The translations under genes were made by a program, and so were the position numbers. From Antedon mediterranea (lineage: Eukaryota; Animalia; Echinodermata), in assembly GCF_964355755.1 (NCBI RefSeq), contig NC_092677.1, positions 3,370,101 to 3,434,100 of the forward strand: a stretch of 64,000 nucleotides of DNA. The letters are read 5' to 3'. How positions within the stretch are numbered: the stretch's first letter is position 1; every line of letters starts with the position of its first letter. The notes under the pieces were generated by a model. The model did no database searches, was not told the origin of the DNA, and saw only the letters and a program-made list of their open reading frames with translations. Shown here one piece after another: positions 54,548 through 64,000 of this stretch.

Positions 54548-56912
54548 GAATACAGGTCAACCCGTACCCATGCCAACTCGTACCCACCAACTCGTACCCA
54601 AATTTTGGCTTACTCGTACCCAAAATTTTGGCTGACCCGTACCCATCATTGGCTGACCCGTACCCATCATTGGCTGGCCCGTACCCATCATTGGCTGGCC
54701 CGTACCCAAGTTTAATGCTATTTAAAGTATATTTATATTACATTTAAACCCAGTTTTATTAAATTTTTAGATACCAATCATATGTTCGATATTATAATGG
54801 CAAAAACTATTGACCTAAAATGTATAATAATATGTACAGACTCGTACGAAAAAAGCACAGCTTTCATCGTATTTGCGTACGTCGTATTTGGTCAAGTTAA
54901 TACTTGAGGGCGCTGTTTTATATGGCTCTGTGGAAGATGTCAGTGGTCGGCTGCTGTGCTGCATTCTATTTTTTTTTCATTTATGAGTTATTAATCTATT
55001 ATTTTCTACGAATAGTAGTACATGGAAATTGAAATACCCACTAGTCTGTGATGATGAAAACTTGAATTATTAAAAGTAAACATGAATATCTTTTATACAT
55101 AATTTGTATTTTCATTTTATTTTACAGATAATGAAGTAATGTGCTTTTTGAAAATCGTTTTTTAACGAATGGTTTTTGTTGTTTTGTTTTGCAAGTTTTG
55201 GAAAATATTAAACTGTTTTAACATTTCGAAAATATTTAATACATTTTTAAATAGTCACTCGTATTTTAAAATCACGAAACTATTTAAGTGGATACCAGCC
55301 TCATTGCTGCTATGAGCATTTAGTAGTAGATTAGATTATTGCCGTTTATCTAGTATACAATGACGGATGTGAGAGTAATAATAAAAGGTAACTACTGTAC
55401 TAACCTCCAATAATTTAACATTTAATTACAAACGACGACATTTGCTGTTATTACGTTTTCATTTTATAATGATTATTACTGTATTATTATGACTAAAAAC
55501 CGAAATAAATACTACTAAAACTTAAAAAAATCATCTTATCGCTGACAGATACGTAAGTACTCAGACACGTGTAGGTAGGCCTTCAGAACGTTTATATTAT
55601 TTTAGTAAATAAGACGACATCCGTTGCCATGGAAAAACGATCGTAGTTCATTTCATTTGTCTTATTTGACACATTATAGAATGCGTATTTTTTTTAAAAA
55701 AAGGGAATCCCTCGTCAGCAAAAACACGTAGCTGTAAGTTATTGAGGAAACATCTACCAAAAATGTTTAATTACCGTAAACAAACAGATAATTTTACTGA
55801 ATTATTTAAGAAAAAAAAATAAATAGAAAACGATCATACGCCACATTGCGTTGCCTATTTTTGGACACACTACAAATGGACCCGTACAAATGCGTTTTTT
55901 TTTTTAATAATAAAGAGGAATCCCCATTCAGCAAAAACACGTAGCTGTTATAGAAGAAAATCTGCCAAAATGTTTAATTGCCTTAGGCTACAGTACGACA
56001 GTACGTGTATATGATCATTTCACTGAATTATTAATAAATAAGATATATGGAAAATGATCATACGTCATTACTAAGTCGTCTATTTGACGCCGGCCCTACA
56101 AATGCGTGTTTTTTATAATAAAAGGTTAATCCCGGTCACAAAAAACACGTAACACGAAATCTACGAGTAATTCGACCCCATAGCCCGGCAGGCTTTTCGC
56201 TTAAAACAGGGTGTTGTTAATTCAACCAATTTTAAATATACCAAATACAATAGAAATAATTACTTGATCAAATGTAATCAGGGAAGATAATTAGAATTAA
56301 ATAAAAGTATAAAATTATACGTTGTTGGTGCTTTACCTGGGCTTAATTGAATTGTAATACTAACTATACAACAGTTAAAATATTTTTTTATTAATTAATG
56401 TTCTCTTACGTAAATAAAAAAGACACATCAAACATACGTTTATAAAACTATAATACTAGATTTAAATAAATGTTAACAAATATATGCCTAATTAAACGAA
56501 GTCTACAATCAAATCAATGGTCATTTTTATTAGCACACATTTCACCGAGACCTGTAAAATAAAAAAACAATTTAAATATAAAAATATTCATACGGCAAAA
56601 GCATACCACTAGTTTTACGCCGATCAAATCATTACAAGTAATTATTCAAATTGGGTACGAGTAGGCCAAATAATGGGTACGAGTAAGCCAAAAATGGGTA
56701 CGGGTAAGCCAAAAAATGGGTACGAGTAAGCCAAATACTTGGGTACGAGTAAGCCAAATATTTAGGTACGAGTTGGCATGGGTACGGGTTGGTTTGGGTA
56801 CGGGTTAGCCAAAGTGGGTACGAGTTGACCAATTATTTGGGTACGGGTTAGCCAAGTTGGGTACGAGTTGGCATGGGTACGGGTTGGTTTGGGTACGGGT
56901 TGACCAGCACCC
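54548..56912. mobile_element. Foldback-type DNA transposon (probably MULE-like), 2365 bp, non-autonomous
   Basis: 8-bp TSD GTTGATTG (54540-54547 and 56913-56920); TIR core GGTCAACCCGTACCC; inverted subterminal arrays of CGTACCC/GGGTACG repeats; internal triplication of about 210 bp (55680, 55889, 56100). Confidence 0.85.
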
Positions 56913-57340
56913 GTTGATTGCAGTAGCTGAGTGGTTAGGGCACTTGACTATCTCACAGAGGTGTTGATTGCAGTAGCTGAGTGGTTAGGGCACTTGACTA
57001 TCTCACAGAGGTGTTGATTGCAGTAGCTGAGTGGTTAGGGCACTTGACTATCTCACAGATACACATCTCACAATCTTCAATTCCCGATAAGTCTACTCGG
57101 CTGTAAATGAGTACCTGGTTGAAAATTACTAGGGAGGATAAGGCAGCGTAACCACCCTACCACATAAAGCTGAGGCTTAGTACAATGAGCTCCTAACAGC
57201 TCATTCTCCTACCTGTACGTTCAGAATGAACACAGGCCTCACCTACCACATAATGCTGAGGCTTAGTACAATGAGCTCCTAACAGCTCATTCTCCTACCT
57301 GTACGTTCAGAATGAACACAGGCCTCACTTTTACCTTTAC
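56913..57340 (+). mobile_element. tRNA-derived SINE with a triplicated 50-bp head and a duplicated 86-bp body segment
   Basis: A-box TAGCTGAGTGG in three 50-bp units; GCTGTAAATGAGTACCTGG central motif; 86-bp tandem duplication (57156 and 57242); TTTACCTTTAC tail. Confidence 0.65.
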
Positions 57341-60300
57341 AGTACTCATTACATATTTATTGTTTTTATCTATAACTAATAGAACACCAGGGTAATAATA
57401 TAAGGCAAATGCACAATAATCCTATTTTCTTTTTACTTGATAGTAATTATTGTAAGGCTATTGGTAAATACATTTTTATATAACAATATGATAGATATAT
57501 TCGCCAATAAATTAATGTTCTTTAAGCCTGTTTGACTATTGTGTCATTTTGTTACAAAAATATTTGTTGTACGAGCATGTTTTTTTAAATTTTTTTTATG
57601 ATGAACAAACCGCAACTTCAATCGTATTTCTACTTACTCCACGTAGATACGTAGTTTATGGGTTAAGATACACAGAAGCCAAAGTGGCTTGTCTTTGTAG
57701 TCCTAAGCATAAACATAAAACATATACGGACGCATTACATTAACAAAAATGACATTTGAGACAGAAAAAGAAAAAAAAAACAAAGTGAGATAAGCAAAAT
57801 ATAGCTATCTAAAGTTCTGTTTTAGGACCCCTACCCCTGCCTCTTTGTAACAGTTTTTCTTTTATATCTACCCATAGTCGTAGTTCGTCATGCCTCGGGT
57901 CACATTCTATGGTCACCGTACAGGTAGGCTACTACATTAGTACTTCTATGAATGGATCACTAGCCGGTGACAATAACGCTAGTTGGTCATACCCAGTACC
58001 GTTTTGATTTTACGATCATTCGGGAAACCACCTCACGAATAAAATAATAAAAATATTGGAATAAAAACACTAACCTTCTTTATGTTTATTGGTATTTCTT
58101 GTGTTAATTATGCATTTTGAAAGAAACAAATGACAGTTTGATCGATGGAAAAAAAAACCCATGTAAACCAAACTGTATGGAAATACACCTACTAAATAAA
58201 AAGAAATGAAGTGATGTCAAATACAGAAAAATTTAAAGGAAAAAAAAAACAATAAAATATTTAAAAAAACAATAATAATTTTATTTGATTTATTAACCTT
58301 TTCTTGGTAATTTAAAAACATACCAAATAGAAATCATTGAAAGTACCATTTTTTAAAATTTCGATATTTAAATCCGTATTAAATCTCTGGCTCATCAGTA
58401 AAATGTTCCTCAAATTAAGGACATTTAAGGCTACATGGTATAAAACTTTCGTACAATTTGCTTTTAACAGCGGTAACTAAGTAACAGAATAAACAAATTG
58501 TTAATCAACCAATGTACATACAATAGTAAAAACAATAATACAATTAAATGAATAAATTGTAATTTTTTTCCAACAATACTGATAGAACTAAATTATAGTA
58601 ACAGTACTGATAGATAATTTCATATAAATTAATTGTAGTAAAGTAAGGTTTATTGTACACTATTTGTTTTTTAAAAATGAAATAAAATAAAATTGAAAAT
58701 GTCTTGACGTTTCGGTTGTTATGCGCAAGAAAGGAGTACCAAGAGTAAAAAAGACGCAAATTAAGACATTTTATTTATTATTAATTTTTGGAAACATGGT
58801 GTACTGTGAATCTTACTTTACTATTGTTTAATCGCCATGGAAATCTTATAATTAATTGTAAACGACAAAACAAACTAAAAGTGCTAAAGGCATACAGTAC
58901 GAAAACATAGTCATGAGGCATGTCATACCTACACTTAAGGTGGAATTTAGAATAGCAAAAAAATTGAAATGCTGTGGTGGGGTGTTCGAAAAAACAACAA
59001 CAACCAGAGAAAAAAACAACTAGAGCTTGCTTATATAAGAATGAACTATTATTATTATTAGAACGTCTAATATAAACATAATAGGCAACTTAATGCCGCT
59101 CAATATTTTGCAATTTAATAATTTATTTTTTTTTAAATATTTTTGGTGAAGAATTTTATGATCATACATTTTATTTTCATATCTTGTGTGGACGGTTGAT
59201 AACTTGTTGATTTTAGGTTTAAAATGTTTTGAGTTTTGCTTTTAAAATATGAAATATGTATTTATTACTCATAATATAATATCGATTTTTAAGCTACTAC
59301 TATATAAATGTCTATATACACATTGTGATTATAAAATTAGGTGGTAAATAATATTATTGTTACAAAATTAAAGCTGCAGCACCTACTATACTAACCCATG
59401 GTAAAAAATGATATAAAAATGTATAAAATATTTGTCATTTTCTATAGACAATTAAGGACTATTATATGTGTTTGAACACAGCCTTATATGGAGTTTGGCC
59501 AATTGCTGTACAGGTGCCATCTTGTTTCCAAACAACCAACCTCTATTTTATTTCGTTAGCACTGAATATACTCTGGATAGTTTTCTTAATTCATTTTTTA
59601 TTATAAAATATTTGGTGCTAAAATTTGTGCTCATGGAGATTTTTAATGATTGTTAAAAAAATATTTTGTTGTATATAATATTGTCATTCTGTATGTATGT
59701 TGTTGTATATATATTGTCGTATGTATAGTACCAGGGAGTTACACATTCCTCGTAGCACCAAATATAAATCAAGATTACTGGAGTAATCAAGATTACTGCA
59801 GTAATCAAGATTACCTATGTTGTATACAGAATACGAGTAATGCTTTTTTAATACACAAAATATACACCAGATGAAAACCTAGGCCGGGCAACACAAGGGA
59901 TACAAATATTTCATTCCTTGTTTTTAATTTAGAGAACGAAAAGTGATTTTTGGCATGGATAAGTAAAGTTCATAAAATCAAATGATAGCAAGGCAGAAAG
60001 CAAGGCTTTACTAGACAGTGTATAGGCAGAATTGAATATAATAATTATTTGATGGGTTTTTTTTGTTCTCTCCAGGTATCGTGATATTTTGTGAAAGCAG
60101 AAAGTTTTGATTATCAGAGTGAAGGCACACAGTATCCCCGTCTCCACACACTAGCCTATGCCATTCCACAACATGTATAGTCCCATGGGATAACTCAAGA
60201 AACAACGGTCCAGATGATTTTATCTATCATTATCATTTCCATCATAATCATCAAATTAATAATTTATAATCAAATTTATAAAATTATAAACATTACCTGT

Positions 60301-60764
60301 ACTAAGTTCTTGGCACAGATACATTTAACAGATTGTGACACACATTTTCCTACAAAATGATCAACAACCCACGTTTAGCCACTGTAGATTATATTACACT
60401 GTATCAAGGCAAGTTCCATGATAAACTATTCCATATGCCTCATACAATGGGATACTGTATTATCCTAATATATTTCCAACACATAGACACATATTGGTAC
60501 TGTATCAAAGCATTTGCCAAGATACTGAAGAGATACAGTTGGTAGAATAGGGTACCTCAGGTGTAAAAAACTATTCTAATCAGAGGTATTTAAATTTGTT
60601 TGCTTTTAAAGAAATTCAAGTCACTCTTATCAGCACAGCGGAAAAAGTTGCAGCTACCTTCTCATGCACCAGTAAAATTGTTCATTCGTATATAACACTC
60701 AACGTTCATAAACTACCCGTTGTAAGCCTGAATACAAAAGTTAAAATATGTGAAGAGATCGGAA

Positions 60765-63517
60765 CTAGTCTGTCTTGTTTTTATTTCTATCAACATTTGA
60801 TTCTTGTTCCATTTGGTTTCTTTCCTCTTTCTTTAATTCTTGGTACACATTAAAGAGAGTAGCATATTCGGGTTTCAAGTCTGCATATGCTTTGAATTGG
60901 TCTGAAAAAGTACAAACAGAATATATTGATGACTTTAAGAGAGTGATATGGCGTAATGGTAAGGTAAGATCTAGTCATCAGGTGCTACTGGACATTCCGA
61001 GGAGCAAACATAGTTGGGGAGATCGGACTTTCAGTGTTGCTGGACCTAGGCTCTGGAACCACCTACCCTTGAACATTAAACACACATCATTATTGAGTCA
61101 CTTTAAGTCACTACTCAAAACTCACCTTTTCTGATTTTTTCTACAGCGCCATGAGCAATGAATGTTGGAATGGCGCTATATAAATCGAACGATTGATTGA
61201 TTGAAGGTAATCAAATTAGTATGCGAGATGGTGAGTGAGTGAGTGGCCGAGCGGTTAAGACAGTGGAACCGTAATTACGTAGCCATAACATCGGCAGGGG
61301 TTCGAAGCTCACTCACTCCATGGTTCTGGTGGTAGAACGAGTCTTCTCGGATAAGGACTATAAACCGTAGGTCTATTGTACACATCTAGCTCGTGTGCAC
61401 TTTAAAGAACCTAGTACATCTTTCGAGACGAGTAGGGGGTTGCCCAGGTGTATTAGTACATCACAGCCACTGATCACCAACTGGCCCTCTGGGAGACCAG
61501 TCTTTGACTGAAGAGGTTACCCAGTATAAATATAAATTTCAATCAAATTTCCATCAATCATGCATGATTTCAATACTTGTCTGTGTCAGTGTTTGTATCT
61601 TAAGCTTGGTTCCCACTAGGACACAACACACACATAAGCCGTAACGAAAGCAAATCACCAATCACAAGCGATGGTTTAATTTAACTGTCGCTTGTGATTG
61701 GTTGTAGCATATATACACAGTGTGCTGATTATCGTAGGTGTGGTACATGGCTGCCATGGCGATATGATCCCTTACTCTTTTTGAATAGTTCTTTATCACG
61801 AAAAGTAGTTGCTGTAGTTTTCAAATTTTAAATTCTAGTTTTCTAGAGCGAATTTTGAGCAAATGAAGGTGCATTTCTGCTTACCATATGTAATTTGACC
61901 AGATTTGTCTACATCAACTTGATTGAATAACTCCTCAGCCTGTGCGTCTGTCATTCTCAATGACTTTTCCATAATCTCTACCAGTTCCTTTTTAGTTATG
62001 TAACAATTACCACAAAAACGCTAACAGAATGAAAGTATAATTATTTAAATTAAAAGCAAAAAACTAGTCAATTTGGACCAGCTCAGATGGTTCCCAATAG
62101 ACTAGATGATCTGGGGTGAGCTTAAATAGTAAATACAAAGTGTATATGGGGGTGAGCTTATACTGTCAGTATGCATAACAATAAATTGGTTTTTTTTTTC
62201 ATTTAAAATAGAATCCAAACAGGTAATTTTTACGACTGGATCTGATGTGTGAAAGTGTCATTTTAATTCATACATATGGTTTAAAAGAAACAATATTTAA
62301 AAATAAGTATATAAAAGCTCTGCTAACTTTTCTGGCTGTTTTACTTTATCGTTTTGCTTTTTATTTTTGTATCTCCATTGAGATCCAGCCACTGATACCC
62401 ACAGCATTGTCATTTTTTTCAGTAATTTGCCTTTGGATTTATATATATATACATACATATGCTAATTCCTCTGTACATCGCAATTTTAAATTCTTGAGAC
62501 TAAATTTTAATGTGAGAGAGCACTCGTGAGTCATCGCATGCTTACTTCAAATGCCAACGCAAGGGTCTCCTCATCCTCTGCTGGTTTTGCTACCAAACAA
62601 CTTCCAATAACATATTCCCTGAAATCTATTGTCCCTGAACCATCCTGTTAAAAAACAAATAGTACTAACAAATGAATGAAAGCTGGTGGCATCTTCATTG
62701 TCTATGCGCTTGTACGTCAGTAAAAAGTACAATGAATGGATAAAGAGAGATTATTAGGATTAGGAGGCTGATATAAGATTTAAGCCAAAAATGCCGAGTC
62801 ACACAGGGAATTTGGTATAAGGTTTGAATGTTCATTTTGTATTACTTGTATTGCCAATAGCTTGTGCAAAACCTGTTTTTCATTTAGGAGAATTTATTAG
62901 CACAATCAAATTGACTTGTGCGCATGCATTAATGTTTTTAATACTTTTTGTGATGGAAAGAAATCGTTCAACCAATCAGAACTCAGAAATTTTGTATTCA
63001 TTCAAATATGTTCACTAATGGGACGCAGGTATGATCCTTCAATTCCTATATAAGGATATTATATAATGGATTCGTCAAATACACAACCATGCCTCAACCT
63101 TGGGTCAACAAACCTGGGGGTCATAGTTCACATGCAAAATTAGGAGAGTTACAGTCACTACATCAAATTATATTTTTAAAGCTCTGTCTACACTATCAAA
63201 CCTTATGTGACAAAATAACGTTATGTGCCCATATATGGATACGATGATGTCATACCACTATTTGGGCATATCACACTTTTTTTTGTCAAACTAGTTTGAT
63301 AGTATAAATTGAGCTTAAAACTGCCATTAAAATGCTCCACTGTTTTTAAAATTTTATACTAGAACATACCCTATCATACATTGCAAAGACCTCCTCTAAA
63401 GCTGGCGATACTGGTAGTTGAAGATATTCTGCAAAATCTTCAATGCTTATGTAACCCTTTGACTTGGCAATCGCAGCGTATTTGGGAAGTTGCTCTTTGA
63501 TATCAGAAAACTTCAAT
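60765..63517 (-). CDS. Second LPCAT paralogue, last four exons (5' part lies beyond the window end)
   Basis: Exons 63517-63370, 62644-62546, 62020-61885, 60901-60765 with the same intron positions and phases as exons 8-11 of the + copy; EF-hand DRDGSGTIDFRE; ends KNKTD*. Confidence 0.92.
60968..61203 (+). mobile_element. L2-type LINE 3' end
   Basis: RSS..LLDIPRSKHSWGDRTFSVAGPRLWNHLP..FKSLLKTHLF*; stem-loop AGCGCCA..TGGCGCT; (GATT)n tail; AAGGTAA duplicated at 60961 and 61204. Confidence 0.9.
61237..61560 (+). mobile_element. tRNA-derived SINE with a Deu-like central domain
   Basis: A box TGGCCGAGCGG, B box GGTTCGAAG; body CGGATAAGGACTATAAACCGTAGGTC..TTAAAGAACC..TTTCG..GAGTAGGGG..CCCAGGTGT resembles the Deu domain as recalled; AT/CAAT-rich tail. 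Confidence 0.75.
63180..63315. mobile_element. MITE family A copy
   Basis: TAA TSD, intact left TIR, degenerate right TIR. Confidence 0.8.
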
Positions 63518-64000
63518 CTGTCAAAAAATAAGATTATTTTAAAGTAATCATTTTTATAAAACCCATAATCAAGGCATTAAGGGCTATTTATACTATGATA
63601 ATGACATTTTTTTAAAATGTAATTTCTGTATATGAAAAATAATAATCGATTTATCATTAATGTTTAATATAAAAGGGCCATTACCCTGTAAAAATATGGC
63701 AGATTGGAATAGAACGCCATTTGACGAGTTAATATTTGCTGCAAGTTCTAATTATCAAGCAAGCAAACTTCGATAGGTAGATAGATAGATACACACCCGA
63801 CATCATAATACCCTGTATGTATGTTCATTTGTTGATTAATAATACTTTCATGAGCATTTAATTTCTCAGCAATAATTATTTGTTACTTTGACCGTGTAAA
63901 AGACATATGGTGACCTTTCCTTTGGCACGCCAGAACTAACACATTGACGAGCTTATAAAATATTATGTTATGTAAGTGAATTTATATAACACACATGGAG

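Noticed and set aside
54538-56832. ORFs with PYPS/YSYP repeats
   Set aside because: Translations of the subterminal repeats of the foldback element.
60775-61134. 119-aa + strand ORF
   Set aside because: Chimera of the antisense of the last LPCAT-paralogue exon and an L2 fragment.
61237-61320. Functional tRNA gene
   Set aside because: The anticodon arm and T stem do not fold properly, there is no oligo-T terminator, and it continues into a SINE body.

Overview
AT-rich, intron-rich animal genomic DNA, probably from an invertebrate deuterostome (inferred from gene structures and a Deu-domain SINE; the species cannot be determined here). Five protein-coding loci can be read by hand: (1) an intronless C/EBP bZIP gene (+, 1659-2447); (2) SPIDR (-, 16 coding exons, 36288-28215, about 823 aa), tail-to-tail with C/EBP across a 25.8 kb gene-free interval, the same neighbourhood as vertebrate CEBPD-SPIDR; (3) DUS2 (-, 12 coding exons, about 480 aa); (4) an LPCAT1/2-type acyltransferase (+, 43614-53149), divergent from DUS2, with two intact same-phase copies of its catalytic HxxxxD exon (candidate mutually exclusive exons); (5) the 3' end of an inverted LPCAT paralogue (-, 63517-60765) with a probable gene-conversion tract. 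Non-coding DNA is rich in non-autonomous transposons (Harbinger, pogo/Tc1, piggyBac, Ginger, foldback types), LINE fragments and SINEs. Main leads: the swappable LPCAT active-site exon; a Ginger-like element carrying about 19 TTGCGCAA (C/EBP consensus) palindromes next to the DUS2/LPCAT promoter; a C/EBP uORF resembling the vertebrate LAP/LIP switch; and a 6.7 kb satellite that appears to have grown inside a single MITE and was then invaded by a piggyBac-like element. All gene models were assembled manually from GT/AG sites and reading frame, and all homology calls are from memory of the protein families, not from database searches.
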